DNA of 64,000 nucleotides from Trypanosoma brucei (lineage: Eukaryota): assembly GCA_000002445.1 (NCBI GenBank), contig CM000208.1, positions 3,168,001 through 3,232,000 of the forward strand, in the 5' to 3' direction. Under the pieces are notes generated by a model that saw nothing but the letters and a program-made list of their open reading frames with translations, was not told where the DNA came from and made no database searches. Numbering within the stretch: the stretch's first letter is position 1; each line of letters opens with the position of its first letter. Of this stretch, positions 45,074-56,177 are shown piece after piece. The position numbers and the translations under genes are program-made.

Positions 45074-46939
45074 TCACTGCTCGTCTTCACTGTCCTTCAG
45101 TGCATCCTCAATCTGTTGTATTTTGGTATTATGTGCCCATTTATCATTAACCAGAAATGTGCGGGTCAGTGCGGTATGAACAGCATACCTCACATTGCTC
45201 ACCTTATCCTTCGCTAAACTCAGTAACCCATCGAGAAAGTACTTGTCCACCAGGCTCTCCGCGTCCAGTTTCGCTACCTCCTCCGCAATATATGGAAACA
45301 TCAGCCGATCACGAAAACTGTAGCGACCGGCGATCTGCAGTAACGCGTCCGCGTAGTCCCCGCAACTGTTCTCCCGCCCAGCATCAGCCAAATGCTTGAG
45401 AAGGACGGCCGCTGAGCGATACGTTGACCGCCGTACCTCCATCACGCTATCATCAAGAAGACGCAGTACTAGAGCGATAACCGAACCAAGCGCACTGCTG
45501 CTGGTGGGATCGAGCAGTACACCAACATCGCCAATCCTCTGCCCGACCACGTTCCGAAGCCGCCAGTTCTCACTGTCGAGGGGTACGTGACAAAGAAGTG
45601 GAACGAGTCGCTCACGCGTTGCCACGCCCATGACGGCAAGGAAGACGTCAGCATTTAGTACGACCCCCAACCGCACCTCGTCAAGATCTCTAATAAGCAT
45701 CTCAAAAGCAGTGACAAGGTGCGACTCGGTGAGATCTCGACCTAAAATCTTAGCAAATTCATGCAGTGAATGGGCCAGGGACTTGCGGACTTTCCATTTA
45801 ACATCCTTGAGCAGGGTTGCGTACGCATCTCCAGCCTCGTCCCAACGACCTGGTCCTGCGATCTCTACAACAGCAGGGAACGAGTAGGCACATGGTTCAC
45901 TGTAATCTGTGTCGCCATTCTCCGACTCAAAAGCCATATCCGTGTATGTCTTGAGCAGGGCTGGAGTTAGATCTGAAGGTCGAAGTGTGTGCAAAAATCT
46001 CCCCAGGTACTCGTAAGCTCCATTCCGCACCCAACGCGAGTTGTCATCCAGCAAAAGTCGAAAAGCGGGCACGAGTTTATCAGCTCTGGCGGTGGGACTC
46101 ACACCGAGAGAGATCTCTTCGATGTTCTCCGCGCAAGCTTTACGAACCCCCCAGATTTCGTCCAGGCACAGATTAAGGTATATCGGTAGCACAGTCTTGT
46201 CCGCTATTTCCTCCTGCACTACCTCGCATACTTTTCCCAAGTTCGCGCCGACAGTTTTTCGCACGGTAAAGTTACTATCGTTGGCCAACAGTTCCAACTC
46301 CGGAAGCACGTCGTTCACACAGCACTCTTTACCGAAAAGCCCCGCCATTTCGTTGAATAGAAGTGCTGCTACAACGCGATAATCCTCCGCCCTCTCGTCG
46401 CGCGCTAACATTATGGCAACATGAAGCAGGTGCTCCTGAATATGTTCGGGCTTAACGAGTTCACCAAGTGCTTTTAACGCTACCAAAGCTGCTGCCCCCA
46501 CCTCCACATTCTTGTCTACTAACATCTCAAATCCAATCGGAAGGAACTTTCCTAATAGACAGTTGTAACCAGCGTCACCACCCTCCTGAACAAAATATGC
46601 AGCCACTTCCGGGAGTTGCTGAACCAACATGCGCCGCACAAGGGGTTCACAGTCATTTGTGAATCTGCTCAGAAGTGGAATGATGTGGCTGGTACTCTGC
46701 TCAAAACCAGCATACCTTACAGTATCCGCGAGCTCACGCAGCAAAAATTGACGCTGCAATGAAAAGCCAGAAGAGTGATAGCTCAAGAGCCGGTTGAGTG
46801 GGTCTAGGGTGTCGTCAATTGCATACTCGTTGTAGATAAATTCCTCCTCACCGTCTCGTTGATTCTCGTCGAGCATAGCGGCACAGCTTTCCCCTCCTAA
46901 CCCCTTGCTGTAGTCTCGGTTTGCCCCACACGGCTTCAC
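45074..46939 (-). CDS. HEAT-repeat protein, PP2A scaffold (A/PR65) subunit-like
   Basis: There are many approximately 39-aa repeats of the PR65 type: LPELELLANDSNFTVRKTVGANLGKV, VLPIYLNLCLDEIWGVRKACAENIEEI, LVPAFRLLLDDNSRWVRNGAYEYLGRF, LVPLLCHVPLDSENWRLRNVVGQRIGDV, KDVKWKVRKSLAHSLHEF. The overall length of 621 aa is close to PR65. Confidence 0.55.
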   Translation of the reverse strand: MKPCGANRDYSKGLGGESCAAMLDENQRDGEEEFIYNEYAIDDTLDPLNRLLSYHSSGFSLQRQFLLRELADTVRYAGFEQSTSHIIPLLSRFTNDCEPLVRRMLVQQLPEVAAYFVQEGGDAGYNCLLGKFLPIGFEMLVDKNVEVGAAALVALKALGELVKPEHIQEHLLHVAIMLARDERAEDYRVVAALLFNEMAGLFGKECCVNDVLPELELLANDSNFTVRKTVGANLGKVCEVVQEEIADKTVLPIYLNLCLDEIWGVRKACAENIEEISLGVSPTARADKLVPAFRLLLDDNSRWVRNGAYEYLGRFLHTLRPSDLTPALLKTYTDMAFESENGDTDYSEPCAYSFPAVVEIAGPGRWDEAGDAYATLLKDVKWKVRKSLAHSLHEFAKILGRDLTESHLVTAFEMLIRDLDEVRLGVVLNADVFLAVMGVATRERLVPLLCHVPLDSENWRLRNVVGQRIGDVGVLLDPTSSSALGSVIALVLRLLDDSVMEVRRSTYRSAAVLLKHLADAGRENSCGDYADALLQIAGRYSFRDRLMFPYIAEEVAKLDAESLVDKYFLDGLLSLAKDKVSNVRYAVHTALTRTFLVNDKWAHNTKIQQIEDALKDSEDEQ

Positions 46940-48714
46940 TCCTTCCCTTTCCCGTTCCTAAGACTGAACACCCTTGACTACAGAACAAAAAGCAATGAAC
47001 TGTCTGTCCGACGCCCCTCTCCTCGCTTCCTTCACAACAACGCCTAAATCCAACAAGGGCACTACAAGAAATGTAAACTTTTTATTCACCTCCCACGGTA
47101 CACTGTTTGGCCCCTGTTCTTTCTTTTCGGGGCTCCCCGATGCGACGTCAGTAGAGCCCGTTGCACCACGCGGTACGCCCAATTTTGGGGGTCTCCTTTC
47201 CTCCCGTTCCCCTCCCTGCACACGCACGCAAGAACACGTTCAATAAGAAACCAATAACGCCCGAACGCAACAATGTAAAGCAGGACCTTTCAATAAGGAA
47301 GGTTAGCTTCGTTTCGGTCTCCTGCTGCGTACTTGCTGCACGGACCTACAGTGTGATTCTCTGTGGCTTCCTACGATACTCGTTCCTTCAGTATCAATAA
47401 AAACGTTTCTTCTGTCTCTTCTTTATTTCTCCTGCGTCACCACAAAGCCGTAACCCTGTTAGTCTCCTCGACCTTCCCTCCTCACCGCTCTTCGTTGCGG
47501 GGGCTGCCTCGTCTCCTTCACAGCCTCCCAGTGGAGTCCCCCTTTAATTTAATTTGCTTTCTTTCCTTGTATATATTGAGGTGAGTTGTGGTTTTTGGTC
47601 CTATCGTTCTCTCCACCCAAACTCGGTACACAACCACAATATAAATAGGTAGTTGTACGTGATTTTGTGCCTGTGCGAGAGCCCGTAGGTTTTGTGAGCC
47701 TATTGTTCTTATTATTATCGCTTATTGTTATACACGCACTCGAATATACGCTTTTACACCCTTTGCGCTTTAGTAACACACTAAATAGGTAGAAAGTCAT
47801 GTGCAACCAACCGGGTGCATCAGACAAACAACAAAGGGGGAGAACGTGAGGAAGTATAGGCAAAGAGCAGAGAAGACGACGGACGGTTACACGCGACACA
47901 AAAGGGTGTGGGGTATGACAGTTGTCTACACTGTCCTTTTCCATTTTTTCCTTTGCCCTCACTCTTCCACACAGATGTAGCTGGAGTGGATACCACCGAC
48001 ACTGCAGGATTAGATAGTGACAATCGCTACAACGTATCCCAGGTAGGGAAGATGGAGACCTCAACGCCAGACAGAGACCGCCCACCGAAAGGGGGGAAGG
48101 AACAAAAATGTGGTAGTTGCAGAGAGGTGAACACCGCCGTTCATCACAACTACGTCAGTGCTGCCCATGTACATGTCACAACACACAAGCAGTGTGCTTT
48201 ACTTCACTCTAGACGAAAGCCACTGCCCACCGTGTATGCGAAGCAGCCAGACGGACGAAAACAACAAACGACACCAACACACACGATGCAAGATGACAAA
48301 AAAAAAAGGAAAGACACTTTTTCTCGCGCCGTTTGACTGTCGCCGTTGTTGAACAAAGTCCATCACATACTCTTAACCGTAGACACATCATCATGTGCAA
48401 CAAGCACACACGGATAGGCGCTCTACTGCTCTCTCACACTTCTAAAAGTGTAATCAACGGCTATTCCTTCCCCTCCATAAATGACAGAAAATCTCCAAAA
48501 CGCCAGAAATATATGTAAAAAATAAATAAAAGGTCCTCCCACCACTTTTAATCCAAGAATTGCGTAGGGAGGCCCTGAACCGTCACGTACCGCCGTTTCG
48601 TTCACTATTAGCATTACTAATGGTAAAGTTTCTGATAAACTGGCACCAATGACAGAGAAAAATCCCTTCATTTTCGAGAAGCTTTCTCCTGGCAGTTAAA
48701 GCAGACACGCACCT

Positions 48715-51399
48715 CTACATGTTGTTAAGAATTTTCCACATTGGATAAAGTAAAAGAGTCATTAGTCCCTCTTTTCGTGCCTTCATCGTGCACAAGAGCA
48801 AAACTAACACAAGCCACTCCTCGTGCAGGCGCAGTGCCTCCTCCACCACGTCGTCCTCTGGCCTCCCGCAGTGTTCCGTGGAATCACCCGGCAAACTCAA
48901 GGTGAAGGGCGCGCGGTGGCGATTTAGAGACTCTATCAGCTCTTGCTTTTGATCCTCAGCACGTCGCTCCGCGGTCATCCGCCTCCTGGTATCACCCGAC
49001 AAAACTTGAGAAGATGAAAAGTCGCCTGTTGAAGTACTTCCCTCCACAGCTGGTTGCATCCACAGGCGCAACTGAGCACCAGATAGTGTTTCAGGGTGCA
49101 TTGTACAAGTCTGTGCAATCAACTTCGCCGGCCGGCGAAGTACCTTGTTAATATCATTATAAGGATAATTGTCAGACATGAAGCCGATGATATTCTGCAC
49201 GTACAGCAGTAACGACTGGAATGCATAAGCCGGGGAATACTCAGGACTTGTGAGCCCTACGCAATCTGAGTGGTTTAGACGGCGAACGACGCCCGCTAAG
49301 GCGTCAAATTCATCATTTATAAGCGACGCGGCGCCGGGGTAGTACTGTTCCATTAGTGTACTGCCGTGCTCTTGCCAGTTGAAATTACCGCTTCTCAACG
49401 TGCAACCGCCAACGTTAGAGCCCTTGATTCGCTTCTCACTAACTATATCGTCAACTCCTGTGTATCGTGTAAAACTGATGTCAGCGTTGTGGTGGTGCTC
49501 ATCCCCAACGACCACACAAGGGGAAAGCAAGGCAGCCAGCGCCGGTGGTAGCGCGGTAAATGAACATAAATCATTTGGCACGAAGAGTCCCATAACCAAA
49601 CTGCATAACGACAGCGTTTCGGCCACAATGGTTGACACTTGCATGAGGCCATGAATGCTCCATCCTGCGCTCATGGCTGTACGAATGTCAACATCAGATA
49701 TTTGCCATGGGACGTGGGTTGCGATTGCTATAAAGCGTTGAAGGGCCTGCAACTTTGGTGGTGGTCCGTCCCGGAGCCAAGACCTTGCTGTTCCACAGAC
49801 TCCACCCTCCTTTCCACCCACTCTCATAAGCAAGGCACCGAATCGGCACACAAGATACTCACATTTCTGACGGCAGGCCGTCATGAATGCCACCATCAAA
49901 CGTTCAGAATTCAACAGCGGGCCATTCCCGAAGAAAACATAGATAAACGTGCTGTGGTGAGCCTTAAGAAATTCAGGACATGCCGAGAGGACGTAGTAAT
50001 ATTGTGGCAATTCGCCCATATCTGTGAATATACGATACAGTAGGTCGCGACGTCCGCTGCACAGTGACCGCAGGGAGGCGATACTGCAATGAGAAAGTGC
50101 CTCCCATAACGCTTGTTGTGTCGCGTCCTTTTCCTTTGAAGCCTCTTTGTTCGCTAGCTCCCCATCGATTGCACCGCAGCTACTTGTCCTACCTTTCGAT
50201 AAGGTCCCGAGGCGCCGGCGGGCCAGGGACGGTGTTGAGGAGGAGGATGGTAGGGAGCAACGAGGCATCGTACCCGCGGTAGAGACTGACTTCTGCAATG
50301 CGTCCAACTCCCTAGAAAGCCTCCCGGAGAGCAGCTGCCCCAGAGTCGGTAGAGCCGCAGTTGGAGAAGGAGCTACGTACCATTTGACATCGGTAGCTTC
50401 GTGGAGACGTGGAGAAAGTACCTCATCCCAATTTAACCTTACCAGTTTACCCTCCACAACGTAGAGAAAGTTGGCGTTCGATTCCATCCCCCAGAGCTCA
50501 CTCACCTGTGTTTCCCTAATTGTTCTTGCGTCGACCTGTGACAGACATTTCAATATTCTACCGCGTAAACCTGAGGGGCATATGGCCTTCCCCAAAACAT
50601 CTGCGATAATTAGTTGCAGACAATTGGCTAACGACTGACATGGACAAGAGAATGCAATCCCAATGAGACAACAGAACGCCATCTCCGCCTCGTGGAGACT
50701 TCCAGCATAGGACCTTTCACCACGTACAGCGTCTCCGGTGTGGTAATCACCACTCATAAGACTTGTGCCGTCTTCACTACTATAAGCCAGAGGAAAGGAG
50801 CGAGATACACTCTCCACGGTAGGTTTACGAATTTTACACTGCTGCGCAAGCCGTCCGTCATCGTCACACGCAGACACGTCGATGCCGATAGAAGAAGAAT
50901 GGTGGCCAACCCCGCTATGGCTACCCCTCGACACTGCTTGGCAACTCTTTAACCCGTTCTCCGCGTCCCGCAGCAACATACATGCTCTTTGCAGGTAGCG
51001 AGAAGTGCACTTAATCAACCCAGCCGGCACGCAGCCAACGTCACACTCAGCTACTAATGCACTCAATTGTTTTGCCATATCGTCAGCGAAGCCAAGAGTT
51101 GCAGGCTGAGCTCCAGATGGGCCCAGCGCATCGCACTGCACCGCGTCTTCAGAAGGTACACGAAAGAGCACCCTCAACGAATGGTTTTGGTGGGCACTTT
51201 GTTCTGATTGTGCCGCATGCTGATGGGCTTTACGCTCCAGCGCGTAGGTGTCACCAATATGTCCCAAAACAGAAGTTATGAGCTCTGCAAAAGACGGACA
51301 TGCCAAGTGGTTGTCTGCTTCCGAGCTATCCTGTCCCTCTGGAAGCATCGTGTTGGGCTGCATGTTGCTACGCAGTAGAGCAAGGTGTAAGCAGGTCAA
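48715..51399 (-). CDS. Large protein (894 aa) with Sestrin/PA26-like core region
   Basis: Residues about 455-610 (nt about 49570-50037) read YYYVLSACPEFLKAHHSTFIYVFFGNGPLLNSERLMVAFMTACRQKCEYLVCRFGALLMRVGG...KLQALQRFIAIATHVPWQISDVDIRTAMSAGWSIHGLMQVSTIVAETLSLCSLVMG. As I recall it, this parallels the Sestrin core (..GDGPLP..RHYIAIMAAARHQCSYLV...GGD...KLR.LNE.NKLLAHRPWLITKEHI..LL..GE.SWSL.EL..A.VLL.H.HSL.SF). The rest has no recognised domain. Confidence 0.5.
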   Translation of the reverse strand: MTCLHLALLRSNMQPNTMLPEGQDSSEADNHLACPSFAELITSVLGHIGDTYALERKAHQHAAQSEQSAHQNHSLRVLFRVPSEDAVQCDALGPSGAQPATLGFADDMAKQLSALVAECDVGCVPAGLIKCTSRYLQRACMLLRDAENGLKSCQAVSRGSHSGVGHHSSSIGIDVSACDDDGRLAQQCKIRKPTVESVSRSFPLAYSSEDGTSLMSGDYHTGDAVRGERSYAGSLHEAEMAFCCLIGIAFSCPCQSLANCLQLIIADVLGKAICPSGLRGRILKCLSQVDARTIRETQVSELWGMESNANFLYVVEGKLVRLNWDEVLSPRLHEATDVKWYVAPSPTAALPTLGQLLSGRLSRELDALQKSVSTAGTMPRCSLPSSSSTPSLARRRLGTLSKGRTSSCGAIDGELANKEASKEKDATQQALWEALSHCSIASLRSLCSGRRDLLYRIFTDMGELPQYYYVLSACPEFLKAHHSTFIYVFFGNGPLLNSERLMVAFMTACRQKCEYLVCRFGALLMRVGGKEGGVCGTARSWLRDGPPPKLQALQRFIAIATHVPWQISDVDIRTAMSAGWSIHGLMQVSTIVAETLSLCSLVMGLFVPNDLCSFTALPPALAALLSPCVVVGDEHHHNADISFTRYTGVDDIVSEKRIKGSNVGGCTLRSGNFNWQEHGSTLMEQYYPGAASLINDEFDALAGVVRRLNHSDCVGLTSPEYSPAYAFQSLLLYVQNIIGFMSDNYPYNDINKVLRRPAKLIAQTCTMHPETLSGAQLRLWMQPAVEGSTSTGDFSSSQVLSGDTRRRMTAERRAEDQKQELIESLNRHRAPFTLSLPGDSTEHCGRPEDDVVEEALRLHEEWLVLVLLLCTMKARKEGLMTLLLYPMWKILNNM

Positions 51400-52316
51400 C
51401 TATACAAAGTAACTATTTCTATTGATGCACAACAAGGGAGAAGGCAAAAACGCACGAAAAACAAAGTGAAGACGCAAAAGAGAAATCAAAGAGACAGAAG
51501 ACCAGCACCAAAGAAAACCATAACGAAAGTGAAATCAAAAAAGAAACAAAATGCACATCAACATAAATCAAAAATGTCCTACGGATGACTCCAAGTTTAA
51601 CTGGATATCATGGGTGCATCAACGATGCGGAAAGGTCGAGCTGCAGCGCCTTAAATTTGAGGGTAAATCCACAATGTAGTTACGACCACCGCCTCCCTCC
51701 ATATATTCTCCCCATTTTTTATTCTGTTCCTGCCTGCAAATACAGAGATGAGCAATTTTTTCCCCTTTTAACATTTAAAAAAAAAATCTATATCATCTGC
51801 ACATTTACCCACGTCACAAAATGACACAGTTTCTTTCATTTATTTTTCCTCTTTTTTTCTTTCTTACATCACTTCCTCCAGCACCATCGCAGCACTCAAT
51901 CGAAACCACTGACGGTACGCCAGTCCTCGCAACGAGACGGCGGAAACTGGGGTACCCCCTCAACACTTTTGAGTGCTAAGAGATGAAGGAGAATGGAGAG
52001 GGGATTATACACAGTAAAGCAAAAAAAAACAAGAAGGAAATAATAGACGGATACGGAGTGAAGAAAAGGCAAATTTTGATCGCTTTTGCACTTCCCCATT
52101 TTCTTAGATCCTTCCATTGTGTGTAACACACGTTACCAACAGGGCTTTCACCACGAGTTGAAAACAAAACGGTAAGAAAAGACATGAGGAAACGGGGAAA
52201 ACGCACATTAACTCTGCATCAGGCATGGTTGGCACACGCACTCGTTCAAATAGTTACGAGCGGGTTTCAAGGGGCACCTTACACGCACATACAAACACAA
52301 AGTGTGGAAATAACAT

Positions 52317-53144
52317 TTACGCAGCCTCCTTTAGACACTTAGGGTCCCAACCAACGGCAAACCAGGGATGGGAAATGATACCCTCAAGGGTGATACGGTT
52401 TTGGGGGTCCACAGTCAACATGCGCTTGACTAAATCCCTTACAGCCTCAGACACCTGCCGCAGCATAGCGTACTCACCGCGCTTGACTTTCTCAAGAAGG
52501 GATTTCTGGTTACGATCCTCAAAGGGGAGTTTTCCAGCGAGCATGACGTAAAGAATGACACCACAACTCCAAATATCAGCGGCGAATGCGTTGTGGTCGC
52601 TTCCACTAAGTGCCTCGGGAGCAATATAGTTCGGGGTCCCCATAGCCCTGCTGGAAGGGAGGTCACTGTCGCCACTGCCATTGCTGCAAAAGCCAAAATC
52701 ACTAATTTTCAGCACTCCGACAGCATCAAGCAGAAGATTTTCGGGCTTCAAGTCACGGTGAGCGAACCCCTTGCCGTGGCAGTGGTGAACGCCGGCGATG
52801 AGCTGTTGGAAGTAGCGTCGTGCAGTCGGTTCGTCAAAGCGTTTCGCAGCAACGATTTTGTCAAACAGCTCACCGCCCGATACGAACTCTAACACCAGGC
52901 AGTAGTGAGTTGGCGTTTCCTTGAAATCGTGAAATGCAATTATATTTTCATGCTTAAATACGCGCATGGCCTCTACTTCCCGCATCAATTGGCCTTCCAT
53001 TTCTTCCTTTCGCAGTTTAGCCTTGTCTATGATCTTAACTGCCCACCTCCGTCGTTGCTCATCCGTTGCCAAGCGGACGGTGGAGAAGGTACCAGATCCA
53101 AGTTTTTGGGAAACCGTGTACGGTGGAAGAACAAAATTTTCCAT
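52317..53144 (-). CDS. Ser/Thr protein kinase, catalytic domain only (CAMK-like), tandem copy 1
   Basis: GSGTFSTV (glycine loop), VAVK-type AVKIIDK, HRDLKPENLLLD, DFG, GTPNYIAPE and DIWSCGVILY are all present. The 275-aa product ends ...HPWF.... Confidence 0.85.
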   Translation of the reverse strand: MENFVLPPYTVSQKLGSGTFSTVRLATDEQRRRWAVKIIDKAKLRKEEMEGQLMREVEAMRVFKHENIIAFHDFKETPTHYCLVLEFVSGGELFDKIVAAKRFDEPTARRYFQQLIAGVHHCHGKGFAHRDLKPENLLLDAVGVLKISDFGFCSNGSGDSDLPSSRAMGTPNYIAPEALSGSDHNAFAADIWSCGVILYVMLAGKLPFEDRNQKSLLEKVKRGEYAMLRQVSEAVRDLVKRMLTVDPQNRITLEGIISHPWFAVGWDPKCLKEAA

Positions 53145-53887
53145 ATTACCTCTTTATAATGTCTATATCTTATTCTTGTTCGGCTTTGACCATGCGAAAC
53201 AAGTCGAATTGCAGCCTGCAAGTGCGAGCTAGGAGAAAGGAAAGAAAGGACGAAGAAGAAAGAGTACCCAAATGTTTTTCTAAATTACCACCACACTCCC
53301 TCACCGACCAAACTTCACTATCAGCCGTTGCACGTGGAAGACGCGAGCGAGACGCTATTGCTAATCACATTCCGAAGCGCAACATTAGGAAAAAGGAAAC
53401 GTAAAAAAAAAAAGGAGAAATAGGAAGAGACAAAAGAAAGTGAGAAAACGGAAAAAAAAGAAGCGGAAGGTGCTCGTGGCACGCACCGAACAAAGTTTTC
53501 CGCAGAGAGACCTTTTTGAGAGCAGGAAGTTAATGCTTCGTCCCTAAGTATAGGTTTCAATACGCACCGTATTCGATGACATCATTTACTCCTTCTTCCC
53601 TTCGTCTCCCCTTCTCTGAAAACGGAACTAGAAAGGTAAAGAGGAAAAACGATTAAGACCCCTTATTGAACGGTTGCCCCGTAGAATTGTCGCCACAGGC
53701 GGTGGGGGAGGGTAGAAACATACCGTACAATCAAACAAGAAAGGGCAAAACCACTTGCAAAAAAAAAAAGACATAACTAATCACTTAAGTTAACGATCGC
53801 TGAGATGTCCGAAGGGAAGTGAAACGAGCGGACGGATATAACAACACCAACTAGCCACCAGGAATCAGCAGTTCGGGACTCTCTTTA

Positions 53888-53897
53888 CCCCCCCCCC
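53888..53897. repeat. C10 homopolymer
   Basis: cccccccccc lies in the intergenic gap between the two kinase genes. Confidence 0.8.
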
Positions 53898-54486
53898 TTC
53901 CTCTTTTAACGAGCAAACGCACACACATGTATAAATACATACATACACATGTATATATACATGTTGCGCCTTCACTGGAGGTTCCCAGTCCCGCAAAGAA
54001 CAAAAAAACAAGAAATATTGCGCACGCTACTCTTATTAACCACTCCTTTCTCTTCCCCAGAACACATATACTCGACTTCTTTCCTTCTCCGCTCGCCACT
54101 TAGCTCCACAGTTTTCGTTCTTCCTTCCTCAGAACATTTTTCATATTCTCCCAGTAGACACCTGCCACACCGTCCCCTGGGGTATCGCAATGGCAAAAGG
54201 GTGGCACAACGAAGATGATAGAAAGTGGAAACTTGGCTCTGGCAACAGAGAAACATATAACAAAGATAACAATGATAGAGAGTCGAGTCCCTGCACCTCT
54301 TCAAAACTCATAAACTAATCCCGCAAACTTTTTCGGTGAAATCAACCGGTTTCACCCCTTTCAGCCCACAAACAACCGTATGCACAAACACAACAAATAA
54401 CAAATATATATATATTTATTTATTTAAAAGCAGTAATACACACAACACAGAATAACTCCCAGAATAATCGGGAAGAAAGAGTACCA

Positions 54487-55347
54487 TCACGCCGACTCGT
54501 TCAGACACTTAGGGTCCCAATCAACGACAAACCAGGGATGGGAAATGATAGCCTCAAGGGTGATACGCTTCTTAGGATTTACGACAAGCATGCGCGCGAT
54601 TAAGTCCTTTGCTGCGTCTGACACGTGCCGGACCATGCTGTACTCGCCACGCTCGATCCGTGCAAGAAGATGTCTCATGCTCCGATCCTCAAAAGGAAGT
54701 CGTCCAGCGAGCATGACGTAAAGAATGACACCGCAACTCCAAATGTCAGCACAGAGACCGTTGTAGCCGCGCTCCATGAGGACCTCAGGTGCCACATAGT
54801 TGGGAGTGCCACACACTGTTTTTAGCAGGATGTCCTGCTGCCGGTTTCCGAGACCAAAATCACTAATTTTCAGCACTCCGACAGCATCAAGCAGAAGATT
54901 TTCGGGCTTCAAGTCACGGTGAGCGAACCCCTTGCCGTGGCAGTGGTGAACGCCAGCGATGAGCTGTTGGAAGTAGCGTCGTGCAGTCGGTTCGTCAAAG
55001 CGTTTCGCAGCAACGATTTTGTCAAACAGCTCCCCGCCCGATACGAACTCTAACACAAGATAGTAATGGTTCGCTGATTCGAGCACGTCGTGAAGATCAA
55101 TAACATTCCTATGTTTAATGGATCGCATTATAGCAACTTCACGAAGCATTTGATCCTCCATCTTTTCCTTCCGAAGTCGAGTTTTGTCTATGATCTTAAC
55201 GGCAAATTTCTTACCACCTTCATCTGTTGCCAACCTTACCGTTGAGAAGTTTCCGAACCCGAGTTTTTCCCCCAAACAATACGGTCCCAGCCGCACAGGA
55301 GGTGTCATGGCAGTGAAGCCCTCTGTTACACCGGTGTTCACCCTCAC
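54487..55347 (-). CDS. Ser/Thr protein kinase, catalytic domain only (CAMK-like), tandem copy 2 (paralog of 52317..53144)
   Basis: Same kinase motifs as copy 1. Residues YYLVLEFVSGGELFDKIVAAKRFDEPTARRYFQQLIAGVHHCHGKGFAHRDLKPENLLLDAVGVLKISDFG are identical in the two proteins. An alternative start is at Met14 (MTPPVRLG; 'cat' at 55306-55308). Confidence 0.85.
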   Translation of the reverse strand: MRVNTGVTEGFTAMTPPVRLGPYCLGEKLGFGNFSTVRLATDEGGKKFAVKIIDKTRLRKEKMEDQMLREVAIMRSIKHRNVIDLHDVLESANHYYLVLEFVSGGELFDKIVAAKRFDEPTARRYFQQLIAGVHHCHGKGFAHRDLKPENLLLDAVGVLKISDFGLGNRQQDILLKTVCGTPNYVAPEVLMERGYNGLCADIWSCGVILYVMLAGRLPFEDRSMRHLLARIERGEYSMVRHVSDAAKDLIARMLVVNPKKRITLEAIISHPWFVVDWDPKCLNESA

Positions 55348-56177
55348 TTGATAACGAGCCCTCAGGCAAACAAGACCGTCTTCTCCTTCCCTATAGTGCT
55401 ACAAAGATAGATACAGAAATATATTTATTTGTATCAGCGCTTAAGCCTCCCTTAAACCTCAGCTACGAGTATAACCCCTTTTTCGGCCTGTCTGTTGCCT
55501 TCGCCGGTTTTGCTTTTGGCTGTACACGTACGTACTTCTGTTGCCTACAGTGTCTGGTGCGAGGTGGTGCACAGGGGTGTAGAGAATAAGGGGGGCGAGT
55601 TGTATGTAGTCGATAGATGAAACACAACTGATAAGCCTGTAGTGAGGGCAGATAGAAGAGCAGATACGAGAAAACGTCCCGCGGCTTGACCTTTAAAAAA
55701 AAACACAAAAAAGTATGCAAACACTTTGGTGCACAACGCCAGCGGCTCCTGTCGCTTGCAGAGCAGGAAATGGAACAAGAGCCAGAAATAGAAAAAAAAA
55801 ACGTTTGGATAGGAAAGCACAACAGAAATAAACAAAGGAAGCACTTATGAGTCGGGCGGGATCAGGAGGAGAAAAATGCAGGAGCAACTAAGCCGGCAAC
55901 GGTAGAGAAAAAAAAAGAGAAGGGTCGAACCAAAGAAAAAGATTCCTCCCTACAGCTGGGGCCTCAGCAGACCTCTAACCACCTTTTTTTCCTCTAGGTT
56001 GTGAAGCCGCACCGCGGTATCTTTTCTCTCATACTGTATCCCTCGTTTACCCTAACCCTTTAGTCTGAATCACCTAGTTTTAAAAAAGAAAAACACACAC
56101 ACACAAATTGAGGCTTCTCTCCGACATAACAACACGCCTACCTCCCATGGGTCAATTGAATTTACGCACCACATGCC

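Noticed and set aside
47549-48085. 178-aa minus-strand ORF in the gap between the PP2A-A-like and Sestrin-like genes.
   Set aside because: Its composition is Cys/Leu/His-rich UTR-like translation with no motif. It is probably untranslated intergenic sequence.
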